64,000 bases of DNA from Candidatus Brockarchaeota archaeon (GTDB lineage Archaea; Thermoproteota; EX4484-205; JAAOZP01): positions 670-64,669 of the forward strand of contig JAFNIT010000005.1 of the NCBI GenBank assembly GCA_017601345.1, read 5' to 3'. The notes under the pieces were generated by a model. The model had not been told where the DNA came from and made no database searches. It saw only the letters and a program-made list of their open reading frames with translations. Below, piece by piece: positions 9,024 through 17,757 of the stretch. Every line of letters starts with the position of its first letter. The first letter of the stretch is position 1. The position numbers were made by a program, and so were the translations under genes.

Positions 9024-10315
9024 TTAAAATGGTTGATAGGACGGTAGTGTATGATTACATAAGTAGGGTTGAGGGACAGGGATCATTAGTAGTCACTATT
9101 TCAAACGGTAAAGTGAAGGATGCGAAGCTTGAGATATTCGAGGCTCCAAGGTTTTTCGAGGCTTTTCTAAGAGGCAGGAAGGCTCTCGAACTTCCCGAGT
9201 TAACTTCCAGAATATGCGGCATATGTCCAATCGCCCACGTTATAACAGCGGCGAAGGCTGTGGAGAATGCTCTCGAAATATCGTTGGACGAGAGGACTAT
9301 AGCATTAAGGAAGGCGCTGGCTCTCTCCGGAATAATGCAGAGTCACGCTCTCCACATATACTTCCTTGCAGCGCCAGACTTCCTCGGCTATCCGAGTGCG
9401 ATCGCAGCTTCTAAAGACCTCTTGGATGTCGTGAAAAGAGGATTCAGGCTTAAGATGATAGCAAATATGGTTTCGGAGTACATAGGTGGGAGAGCAGTGC
9501 ATCCTGTTACGCTTACCGTAGGAGGCTTTACTAAAAGTCCACCTGTTGAAAAGCTCGACGAGACCATTAAATCCTTAGATTCTTCTCTTAAAGATGCTTT
9601 CGAAACAATTACTCTTGTTTCAGGCTTCAAATATCCAGAATTCGAATCAGACCATATTAACATTGCGCTTTCAAACAAAGGTGAATATGCTATAACCGAG
9701 GGAGTTGCTAAAACAAGTTCTGGAGAATACTTCGACAGCAGAGATTACAGGAAACATGTGAGTGAAGAGCAAGTTCCATATTCAAACACTAAAAGGTCAA
9801 TATTTAACGGAGGAGGTCCTTTCGAAGTAGGTCCTGTTGCACGCTTTAATCTTAACTACGACTTATTATGCGACGCAGCTAAGGAGGCTGCTGAGAAATC
9901 TGGCATAAGGCCTCCGGTTAAAAATCCGTTTAAATCCACAATTGTAAGAGCAATAGAGATAATTCAGGCAATAGAAGAGATGAGGAGTATATTGAAGGAA
10001 GGTGTGAACGTTCCTCCTCCCCGAAAGCCTAAGCTCCGTCAAGGCATGGGAACTGCTTTAACAGAGGCTCCTCGAGGGCTCTTATACCATTCTTACGTTC
10101 TCGACAGGGAGGGCAATGTTTCGAAAGCAGATATAGTGACTCCGACTGCCCACAATTCTTGGAGGATAGAGAGAGACATCTACGAACTAGTGCCTTTGGT
10201 AACGCACTTGGATGATAACTCTCTCAGAAGCCTCTTAGGCATGCTTGTGAGGGCTTACGACCCCTGTATCTCTTGTTCGGTCCACGCTTTCACTGTAAGG
10301 CTCATTAGGGAATAG
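9020..10315 (+). CDS. hydA: Sulfhydrogenase-type [NiFe] hydrogenase alpha (large) subunit
   Basis: 'RVEGQG', 'RICGICPIAH' and C-terminal 'DPCISCSVH' followed by an 8-aa extension. 4-nt overlap with hydD. Confidence 0.9.
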   Translation: MIKMVDRTVVYDYISRVEGQGSLVVTISNGKVKDAKLEIFEAPRFFEAFLRGRKALELPELTSRICGICPIAHVITAAKAVENALEISLDERTIALRKALALSGIMQSHALHIYFLAAPDFLGYPSAIAASKDLLDVVKRGFRLKMIANMVSEYIGGRAVHPVTLTVGGFTKSPPVEKLDETIKSLDSSLKDAFETITLVSGFKYPEFESDHINIALSNKGEYAITEGVAKTSSGEYFDSRDYRKHVSEEQVPYSNTKRSIFNGGGPFEVGPVARFNLNYDLLCDAAKEAAEKSGIRPPVKNPFKSTIVRAIEIIQAIEEMRSILKEGVNVPPPRKPKLRQGMGTALTEAPRGLLYHSYVLDREGNVSKADIVTPTAHNSWRIERDIYELVPLVTHLDDNSLRSLLGMLVRAYDPCISCSVHAFTVRLIRE

Positions 10316-10846
10316 ATAAGCCTGTTCAACCTCTGTCTCTTTTAAAACGCCTGAACTTACTGCAGCCTCGACTATGGCTTTAACCACTCCATCAACTGTC
10401 TTGAGACACTCGTCTGAAACTTTTTCACCTAAATCGAATTTCTCCACGCCTATTCCGAGGATTTTTATATCCGTCTCTAACGGTTTTCCAAAAGCTTCTA
10501 AAAACAACGGAATAGGTATGTCATGCGTAGAGGCCGGTACGTAGGAATCCAGGTCTGTTGGATCTAGGATTGCTAATCTCCCCCTATTGGGGAAGGCATC
10601 TATGATTAAAAGATGCGAGGGATTCTTCTCAAAAGCGTAATCAATACATGCGTCGATTGAAGCCCCGCATTCAACAGCTTCAAATTTTTCACTGTTGAAA
10701 AGCTTCAGGACCCTTGCTACGAGTAGACCTGCAGCATCATCGCTTCTCAACTCATTTCCAATGCCTAAAATCATGAAAAGCTTTGCACCAGTCAACCATT
10801 TTCTAAGAAAAACCCGTACTTCCTCAATCGAATGATAATAAGACAC
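10235..10846 (-). CDS. Hydrogenase maturation endopeptidase (HycI/HoxW family)
   Basis: 'ILGIGNELRSDDAAG' and 'STHDIP' are hallmarks of the Ni-dependent C-terminal processing protease. The last ~27 codons are antisense to the 3' end of hydA (81-nt convergent overlap). Confidence 0.85.
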   Translation of the reverse strand: MSYYHSIEEVRVFLRKWLTGAKLFMILGIGNELRSDDAAGLLVARVLKLFNSEKFEAVECGASIDACIDYAFEKNPSHLLIIDAFPNRGRLAILDPTDLDSYVPASTHDIPIPLFLEAFGKPLETDIKILGIGVEKFDLGEKVSDECLKTVDGVVKAIVEAAVSSGVLKETEVEQAYLFPNEPYSESVDRTRDTGVVSPHKHA

Positions 10847-10956
10847 ACATCATTTTTAAATACTCGGCTTTAAAAACATTTTGAAAACAATAGCATGGAA
10901 TTCTAGCAAAGTGCTTATAGGATAAAAGATATATACGTTCTTACGGTTTCCTAAGA

Positions 10957-11241
10957 TTGATAAAGTTGGGTGAAGAAAAGATTTACGTGGGGGATGTGAG
11001 ACATTTCTTCTCAAGGATTAGCGTTGCAGTAATCGACCTTATTGGAGAACTCAAAGTCGGCGATGAGATACTCATCCAGGGTAAGACAACCAATTTAAGA
11101 CAGAAGGTTGATTCAATGGAGATAGAGCACAAGAAGGTTGAAGTGGCTCCACCGGGGAGCTCCATAGGCTTAAAAACCATCGATAGGGTTAGGGAAGGGG
11201 ACAAGGTATACGTGATCAGGGTTTCAAGCCAAGCTCCCTAA
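10957..11241 (+). CDS. Stand-alone EF-Tu domain-II-like beta-barrel protein
   Basis: 94 aa with a TTG start. 'VAVIDLIGELKVGDEILIQG ... SMEIEHKKVEVAPPGSSIGLK ... REGDKVY' resembles translation-factor domain 2. Confidence 0.55.
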   Translation: MIKLGEEKIYVGDVRHFFSRISVAVIDLIGELKVGDEILIQGKTTNLRQKVDSMEIEHKKVEVAPPGSSIGLKTIDRVREGDKVYVIRVSSQAP

Positions 11242-12181
11242 GCCTTGCTTCAATACTAAGCTTAACAGCCTCTCTGCTAGTATACTTCGGCTTCCATCCA
11301 GTTGCCTTAATCTTACTTATATCCAGGTTCATCAGCTTAACGTCGCCAATCCATCCTCTGCCACCGTCCACGCCCCCGGTGAAAACCTTCTCAACACCGC
11401 TGAGGCCCATCGACTCTATGGTCATGTCAGCTATTTCAGATACAGTGATCCAGTCTTCTGAACCTATGTTATAGACCTCGTAACGGAGCCCCTCTAAACT
11501 TTTTAAAACATGCATCATGGCTTCAATACAGTCTTCAATCCAAACGTAAGACTTCCTCTGAGTACCGTTTCCGAGTATTTCAAGCTTCTTCGGATTTTCC
11601 CTAAGCTTATTTATGAAATCGTATATCACACCGTGGGTAAGCCTGGGACCAACGATGTTAGCAAGCCTAAAAGAGACCCCCCTCATCCCAAAGGTATAGC
11701 AGTAGGAAGAAACCAGGCTTTCAGCAGCAAGTTTGGCTGCACCGTAGAGAGATATTGGTTTTAACGGCCCATAGTCCTCAGGAGTTGGGAGTTTCAAAGC
11801 ATCTCCATAGACCGTTGAAGAAGATGCGAAAACAAAGCATTTCGCTTTAATCTTCCTAGCATATTCGAGAATGTTGAGAGTCGCGACAATGTTTTCTTGG
11901 AAATGTACCGATGGGGTTGCTTCCCTAACATCGGGGTTAGCAGCCATGTGGAAAATGTAATCAACACTTTCCAATTCCTCCGTTAGGTCAATCGTCTTAG
12001 CATCTCCTATTATTATCTTGAGCCTACCAGTTTCAAAAGCCTGTTTAATGTTCTCGAAACTGCCTGTGGAGAAGTTATCCAAGACTGTTACTTCCCATCC
12101 GTCTTTTAAAAGCCTGTCTACAAGATGGCTTCCGATGAAACCTGCTCCACCAGTTACTAATGCTGAAGACAAGCTATCCAC
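11216..12181 (-). CDS. NAD-dependent nucleotide-sugar epimerase/dehydratase (SDR family)
   Basis: 'VTGGAGFIGSHL' Rossmann motif and 'YGAAK' catalytic YxxxK. Confidence 0.85.
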   Translation of the reverse strand: MDSLSSALVTGGAGFIGSHLVDRLLKDGWEVTVLDNFSTGSFENIKQAFETGRLKIIIGDAKTIDLTEELESVDYIFHMAANPDVREATPSVHFQENIVATLNILEYARKIKAKCFVFASSSTVYGDALKLPTPEDYGPLKPISLYGAAKLAAESLVSSYCYTFGMRGVSFRLANIVGPRLTHGVIYDFINKLRENPKKLEILGNGTQRKSYVWIEDCIEAMMHVLKSLEGLRYEVYNIGSEDWITVSEIADMTIESMGLSGVEKVFTGGVDGGRGWIGDVKLMNLDISKIKATGWKPKYTSREAVKLSIEARLRELGLKP

Positions 12182-12182
12182 C

Positions 12183-13430
12183 TTAGCTCAGTAACATTGA
12201 TGAAACGCCTTCGCCAACGCCGGTGGTAAATATGCTACTTGCCCCAGCATTGGCAAAGGCCTTTTCTACAGTAGACGCGTCCTCAGGCCTCTTTACTAAC
12301 GCTAATAATGAGCCACCCATGCCTGCACCAGATATTTTTACGCCCAAAGCGCCTGCTTCAAGAGCTGCGTCACGCATTTTTTCAAGTTTCTGATGGCTGA
12401 CTTCATAGAGATCTCTGAGGAGAACGTGTTGCATGTTAACTATTTCACCCAGTGCTTCCATCCAATCTTCAGTAGGCTTTAAGCCCAACTTATATAAGCT
12501 CTTTTTATTAACCTTCCTGCATTTAAGGATTTCAATAGCTATTTCAGTAGAGTTCTGCATTCTCAGGGTGAAAATAATCCTGTTCGCAAGCTTATGCGGC
12601 AATGTGCTTAAGTATTTTCTCAAACCTTCTTCTTCCAGCAGCTTCCACTCCACAGTCGCATAATCGCCACTCAGCATTTTAAGCAATGGTTCGGGGATTT
12701 TTAATTCTCTAAGCATTTTAATAGCTGTGTTAAGCTCAAACTGTCTCACGGAATGTATCTCAGCAGTACTATGTCTAACACCTGAGTCCGCTATTACGAA
12801 AATCAACCCGCTCCCATCAAACTCCTCGACGCTTATAACTGGTTTAAAATCAAGCTTTATCACCCCGCCGTATGATGAAGCATACTGGTCAAGCTTTCCG
12901 CAGGGAACCCCCATGATATCATGCTCAGCTTCATAAGCGAGTTCAGCCAACTCCGTTTTACTCAAGCTTAAGCCCAGTAGTTTCGCATACATTGCCGCTA
13001 AGGAAACGTGCAGTGCTGCGCTACTCGCCAGGCCTGAGGCCACGGGTACTTCGCTGTCCACATAAATCGATAGTCCTGTTTTCAACCTACCGTATTTCCT
13101 TGAGAAGAGTATATGGATCGACCTGAAATAATTTCCGAACCATTTTCTCTCCACAAGCTTAACATCGTCGGATTGGAAGATATCCTCGTTATCAACCCCT
13201 TCTCTCTCCAAGGTTAATGATTTCACTCTTACAACTCCAGGTTTATCGAACTTGGAACAGACGATAAAAGTTCTCCTCTCAATAGCTACCGGAACGACTG
13301 GGAGCATCTTATAGTCTTGATGCGTATTTAAAAAGTCTGCCCGACCGGGTGCTGAAGAAAAACATATTACGTTCCCATTCTCAGCCCTAGCCCTCTCGTA
13401 AAGTTTCTTAACAAACCTGCTCTGTTCCAT
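12183..13430 (-). CDS. GHMP-family sugar kinase, galactokinase-like
   Basis: 'APGRADFLNTHQDY' (divergent galactokinase signature), 'GLASSAAL' and 'SGAGMGGS'. One nt upstream of the epimerase gene. Confidence 0.75.
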   Translation of the reverse strand: MEQSRFVKKLYERARAENGNVICFSSAPGRADFLNTHQDYKMLPVVPVAIERRTFIVCSKFDKPGVVRVKSLTLEREGVDNEDIFQSDDVKLVERKWFGNYFRSIHILFSRKYGRLKTGLSIYVDSEVPVASGLASSAALHVSLAAMYAKLLGLSLSKTELAELAYEAEHDIMGVPCGKLDQYASSYGGVIKLDFKPVISVEEFDGSGLIFVIADSGVRHSTAEIHSVRQFELNTAIKMLRELKIPEPLLKMLSGDYATVEWKLLEEEGLRKYLSTLPHKLANRIIFTLRMQNSTEIAIEILKCRKVNKKSLYKLGLKPTEDWMEALGEIVNMQHVLLRDLYEVSHQKLEKMRDAALEAGALGVKISGAGMGGSLLALVKRPEDASTVEKAFANAGASSIFTTGVGEGVSSMLLS

Positions 13431-13675
13431 TAAAAAAAGCTTTGGTTAATCGTTTTTAAGCCTTAATTTCCATAGGTCTCTAACTGATTTCTCGTTCTAA
13501 CAATACGTAAAAATGTTGATCGAATACTATTACAATGGCGTTGAAGGTAATCTTTAGCTGGAAGCAAAACATTGATTAACAGGAGGTGATAATTGTTTCC
13601 AGCCTTCTCTCTGTTAAAGCTCTTAAACATGCTTATAATAATCCTTAAATTTCTAAGACTAGTTTTTAGGAAGGA

Positions 13676-14830
13676 ATGGAAAGAGTTTGCGTAATACACT
13701 ATTCTGAAATAGGACTAAAGGGTCGTAACAGACCCTTCTTCGAGAAGAAGCTAGTGGAGAATGTGAGACGCGTGCTTAAGGGAGTATCTGATGCTAGGGT
13801 TAAGAGGCTTCAAGGTAGGCTGGTCTTCCCGCTTGGAGACTCTGATCCTCAGAAAATAATTGGAAGCGTAAAGAGTGTCTTCGGAGTATCTTGGTTTGCT
13901 TTCGCTTCAGTATCCGAACCCAAAGTAGATTCGATAAAGAGGGTTGTAGTAGAGGAGGCCTCCAAGATTGCTGGGAAAGAAGATACTTTTAAAGTTGAGG
14001 TGAAGAGAGCCGATAAGTCTTTCCCAATAACATCGTTAGAACTCAGCAAGATCCTTGGAGAAACTCTCGTCGAAAAACTTAGCATTAAAATATCCCTGAA
14101 GAACCCTTCTAAAAGAGTTTACGTTGAAATCCTGAAAAACGAGGCCTATGTTTTCACAGAGAGAATCAAGGGTCCAGGGGGGCTTCCAGTAGGTTCTTCT
14201 GGCAAGGTGCTTTCACTTCTTTCAGGAGGTATAGATTCCCCAGTTGCATCATACCTTATGATGAAGAGGGGTTGCGAAGTCAATTATGTTCACTTCCATC
14301 CTTTCTACGACAATTCTGAAGCTGAGAACTCTAAGATTATGGAGATAGTTAGAAAGCTCCTACCATATTCTGGCAGGACTGCGGTGACTTTCATCCCGTC
14401 ATACGAGTTTCAAATAGCCACAGTCAACATACCTGCTAAATATGATCTTGTTCTTTTCCGGAGATTCATGTTCAAAGTTGCGGAAAAAGTTGCCGAAACA
14501 GAAGGTGCTAAAGCCCTTGTCACAGGAGAGAGCCTCGCCCAAGTAGCGTCGCAAACCCTCGATAACATGGTGGCGGTAAGCATTGGTTTAAAGATGCCGG
14601 TTTTCAGACCTTTAATAGGATACGATAAGGAGGAGATTATTGCATTAGCAAATAAAATAGGGACATACGAGCTTTCAATAAAGCCTTACAAGGATTGTTG
14701 CAGCATAATTGCGAGGCATCCTGAGACAAGAGCAAAGCCTGAGGTTGTTAAAGAACTTGAGGAAAAGATAAACATGGATTCAATAGTAGATAAGAGCCTT
14801 AAGCTTTCTTCTAGGGTTATTGTAGAATAG
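13676..14830 (+). CDS. thiI: tRNA 4-thiouridine synthase ThiI (THUMP + PP-loop, no rhodanese domain)
   Basis: 'LSGGIDSPVA' PP-loop, THUMP-like N-terminus and 'YKDCCS'. TATA-like 'gcttataataatcc' lies ~38 nt upstream. Confidence 0.85.
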   Translation: MERVCVIHYSEIGLKGRNRPFFEKKLVENVRRVLKGVSDARVKRLQGRLVFPLGDSDPQKIIGSVKSVFGVSWFAFASVSEPKVDSIKRVVVEEASKIAGKEDTFKVEVKRADKSFPITSLELSKILGETLVEKLSIKISLKNPSKRVYVEILKNEAYVFTERIKGPGGLPVGSSGKVLSLLSGGIDSPVASYLMMKRGCEVNYVHFHPFYDNSEAENSKIMEIVRKLLPYSGRTAVTFIPSYEFQIATVNIPAKYDLVLFRRFMFKVAEKVAETEGAKALVTGESLAQVASQTLDNMVAVSIGLKMPVFRPLIGYDKEEIIALANKIGTYELSIKPYKDCCSIIARHPETRAKPEVVKELEEKINMDSIVDKSLKLSSRVIVE

Positions 14831-14839
14831 GTCTATTTA

Positions 14840-15766
14840 CTAACCCCCGGTTAAAGAGTCGCGGATTCTTCTCTTAGCTTCTTCAAATACTTCGTGGAAT
14901 TTATCGCAAGGAAAGGAGCCTATTGCAATTTTGTGATCTCCACCACCCTTGCCGTTAAAAATTCTACAGAGTTCTTTTAACATCTGTGCCGCGTTAACTC
15001 TCTCGTCCCCGCTTCCTACTAGGATGTTACACGTACCAGACCATTCCAAGCCAAGTACGTAAATAGGATGGTTCTTGCTTATTAACTCTCCAACGGTCTT
15101 CATAACTGTTTTAGTGTCAACTCCTTTAAGAATTGCTGCATAAAGCTTGGTCTCACCTAAGGATTCTTCTAATGGGGTTTTCTTAACAATCTCCTCAGTG
15201 AGTACTGAAAGCTTCCTCCTCAAATCTTCGTTTTCAGACCTCATATTCAACACGGCTTTCTCCAGGTTTCTAATTGGGGTGCCGAGTATCGAGGATATAG
15301 ATAGACAGAGAGTACTCATCTTAACAGCAGTTTCTAAGGCCTTCTCACCGACTTCGAAATCAATCTGGTATTCGCCACCGCTTTTGGAAATATGCGTAAC
15401 AAGCATCATACCGCAGTCCTTAGTATTTTTAACATGCTTCCCGGTACAGGCTGAATAGTCAAACCCGTCGACTTCTACGATACGCACCCGTCCTTGTATG
15501 CGTTCTTCATGGGCCCTTAGGCTGGGGAAGGCTTTTTGAGCCTCTTCTAGTGAGTCGAAGAAATGCTCTTTGACTACGCGACCCTCTGAAATGATTTTGT
15601 TTGCCATGGCTTGAGCTTTAGCGAGTTCTTCAAAGCTTAGAGAATCTACTTCAACGAAGACCGAGCCGGAACCCTCGGATACCTCGACCTTCCTCACTTT
15701 TAAACTGCCCTTTATCCTCTGTAAGCTCCCCATTAACACGTGCTCTGCAGTATGCTCCCTGCTCAA
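14840..15766 (-). CDS. alaX: Alanyl-tRNA editing protein AlaX-type
   Basis: 'TAEHVL' (HxxxH zinc site) and 'CTGKHV' (CxxxH), as in AlaRS editing-domain homologs. Confidence 0.8.
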   Translation of the reverse strand: MSREHTAEHVLMGSLQRIKGSLKVRKVEVSEGSGSVFVEVDSLSFEELAKAQAMANKIISEGRVVKEHFFDSLEEAQKAFPSLRAHEERIQGRVRIVEVDGFDYSACTGKHVKNTKDCGMMLVTHISKSGGEYQIDFEVGEKALETAVKMSTLCLSISSILGTPIRNLEKAVLNMRSENEDLRRKLSVLTEEIVKKTPLEESLGETKLYAAILKGVDTKTVMKTVGELISKNHPIYVLGLEWSGTCNILVGSGDERVNAAQMLKELCRIFNGKGGGDHKIAIGSFPCDKFHEVFEEAKRRIRDSLTGG

Positions 15767-15795
15767 GGAGGCATCGGTTAGGAGAGCAATGTAAG

Positions 15796-15804
15796 CTTTA
15801 AAAG
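15796..15804 (+). promoter_or_regulatory. TATA-like box 'ctttaaaag' about 40 nt upstream of 15841
   Basis: The same 'tgtaagctttaaaa' context recurs at 20506-20520, at the same distance from the paralogous pseudogene start. Confidence 0.45.
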
Positions 15805-15840
15805 CCTTGTGAAATAATTCTCATCAAGTGCTTGCGCTAG

Positions 15841-17025
15841 ATGCTGGATCCTTATAAAGTGAGGGAGGATTTCCCAAGCATCGTCGGAGATTACATATTT
15901 ATGAATAATGCTGACTCTACGGGAATTCCTGTCCCAGTCTTAGAAAGGGTTCTTGTATACTATAACGAGGTTAAGAGTAGGCCTGGTTTCGAAAGTACTC
16001 CTTCATATCGAGCTCTAGAGCTTTACCAAGAGGCCCTCGAGACTATTCTTAAACATCTGGGGGTTGTTGGAGAAAACATAGTTTTTTCCTCAAGCAATTT
16101 TCAAAGCCTAATGCTCGTTCTTCAAAGTATAGAGTTTAGGAGCAATGACGTTTTCCTAATTTCTTCCAACACGCAGGGTAAGACCGTGAATCTCATTAAA
16201 GAATACGTTAGCGCTAATAGGGGTAGGATGGAAATGGTGGATTTAGAGTCCGAGAATGTGGAGGAGAAGCTTAAGGCTATTGTTAGGAAAGGCGTTAAAG
16301 CTGCTTTTATAAACCACGTTTGTGGAGCCACGGGAGTCGTTGCACCGCTGGATAAGGTGGTGCCGATTTTAAAAGATAAGGGGATTATAGTTATTCTGGA
16401 TGCCACCTACTCGATGCAGAGGATGAAGCTTAACTTGCCCAAGATGGGGATTGACTATGCTTATTTCAAGTCGGGGAACATGTTTAGCATAGAAGGGGTT
16501 AGCGTACTATATTTCTCGGAGGAGAGGACCAGTAGTATTAAGAGGACGCAGGGCTATTCGATTCTTAAACGCGGAGAAGAGGAGAAACATGTGGACATAG
16601 TTGCTCTAGCGGCAGCGATAAGGTATTTAGAGGGGTTAGGTTTTGAAGATGTTTTGAACCATGAGAGAAGCCTTGTAGATGAAATAACGAATATTGCCGC
16701 TGGCGACGGGATCTCGTTTTACCAAGCTGCTTCTAAAGATTCTAGAACCGGAATATTCTCTTTGATGATAAGTCAGCTTCCCTCCAACTTATTGCAGATA
16801 ATTTTAGAAGACCAGTTTCACATAATTGCTGAGTCAGGGGGGTTCGACAGTCCTCTGCTCTTGCAAAAAACCGGTGGGAAAGAGGCTTTGAGACTCTCGC
16901 CAACTATTTTCAATACTGTCGAGGAAGCAAGGAAAGTCGGGGAGAAACTTGCTGAAATAAGGGAATCTTGGAAGGAGAAGGCTGTTGAGAAACAGCCGGG
17001 TGAGGAGAGTCTAAACCAAGCGTAG
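15841..17025 (+). CDS. Class-V aminotransferase / cysteine desulfurase-fold protein lacking catalytic Lys and Cys
   Basis: Collinear with SufS/NifS-type proteins ('REDFP', 'NNADSTG', 'HVCGATG', 'LDATYS'). The 'SGHK' position reads 'SGNM' and the 'GHHCA' position reads 'ESGGF'. Confidence 0.8.
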   Translation: MLDPYKVREDFPSIVGDYIFMNNADSTGIPVPVLERVLVYYNEVKSRPGFESTPSYRALELYQEALETILKHLGVVGENIVFSSSNFQSLMLVLQSIEFRSNDVFLISSNTQGKTVNLIKEYVSANRGRMEMVDLESENVEEKLKAIVRKGVKAAFINHVCGATGVVAPLDKVVPILKDKGIIVILDATYSMQRMKLNLPKMGIDYAYFKSGNMFSIEGVSVLYFSEERTSSIKRTQGYSILKRGEEEKHVDIVALAAAIRYLEGLGFEDVLNHERSLVDEITNIAAGDGISFYQAASKDSRTGIFSLMISQLPSNLLQIILEDQFHIIAESGGFDSPLLLQKTGGKEALRLSPTIFNTVEEARKVGEKLAEIRESWKEKAVEKQPGEESLNQA

Positions 17026-17080
17026 AGTAATTGAATTGGGAGAAAGACTATTTAACTAGCTTCCTGGGAAAGTATGCTCT

Positions 17081-17665
17081 ATGGCGAGATATGAATTCGC
17101 GGAGTTCAGGAGACTAACCCCGGGCTATGACTGCGGGCTCTGCGGCAGCGCTACGTGCTCCACGTTTGCGCGAAGGCTCCTCCTAGGGGTTAACACCGTA
17201 TCAGACTGCCCTATACTTCAGAATGAGGGTTATTCTGATAATAAGAGCAGGATTATGGAGATGCTTAAGGAGGGGGTGGTTCACAGCTCTGTTTCAATAC
17301 TTACGGTTCCAGGCCTTAAGACCAAATATGCTCATCCAAACTATTTCGAAGAACGTATTGAAAAGCTTCCAACCAGGTTTCTGGATTACGATACTGCACG
17401 TTATCTCCTCGGCCTCATGTGGAAGATCGAGGACGATAAGGGGGCTAAGACGGAAGTAATAGACACTGTCTTCGGAAACTTAAGGTTTCTTATTACAACC
17501 GGTGGAAGAATATGCGTTAACCTTGGAGAGCAGAGGACTGAGGAGAAAGAACTCGTGCAAATATTGTACAAGGTTCTCTGGGGCGCAGTAGACTTGCTCC
17601 GCAAGGCTGAATATGCCCCAGGAACGGTTGTACTCTTCTCGAATACGTCGGAGGCTGCTGCTTAG
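17081..17665 (+). CDS. Protein with an N-terminal RnfB/CdhE-type 4Fe-4S ('FeS') domain and an unknown C-terminal domain
   Basis: 'YDCGLCGSATCSTFARRLLLGVNTVSDCP' is the CGxCGxxxCxxFA...CP pattern of the PF04060-type Fe-S domain. The remainder is unrecognised. Confidence 0.55.
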   Translation: MARYEFAEFRRLTPGYDCGLCGSATCSTFARRLLLGVNTVSDCPILQNEGYSDNKSRIMEMLKEGVVHSSVSILTVPGLKTKYAHPNYFEERIEKLPTRFLDYDTARYLLGLMWKIEDDKGAKTEVIDTVFGNLRFLITTGGRICVNLGEQRTEEKELVQILYKVLWGAVDLLRKAEYAPGTVVLFSNTSEAAA

Positions 17666-17757
17666 ACTACAGCCCGTCCTCGGGCCCGCAACTGACTAAG
17701 GCCCCCTTCCTCCAAAGAGGTCCGCCTAGACGTATCGATGAAAACCCAGACATAATA

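Noticed and set aside
1398-10315. A selenocysteine-containing [NiFeSe] hydrogenase.
   Set aside because: Both large subunits have uninterrupted 'DPCxxCxxH' C-terminal motifs with Cys codons and no in-frame TGA.
17666-17757. A GC-rich ~70-nt spacer ('cagcccgtcctcgggcccgcaactgactaaggcccccttcctccaaagaggtccgcc') flanked by 'tagac' direct repeats. I considered a small structured RNA, a C/D-box sRNA, or a tRNA-fragment att site.
   Set aside because: Only short stems can be drawn (GGGCC/GGCCC and CCTC/GAGG, 4-5 bp). There is no RUGAUGA...CUGA arrangement in the right order and no T-arm-like 'GGTTCRAATCC'. The result is inconclusive; it would need RNA-seq or covariance analysis.
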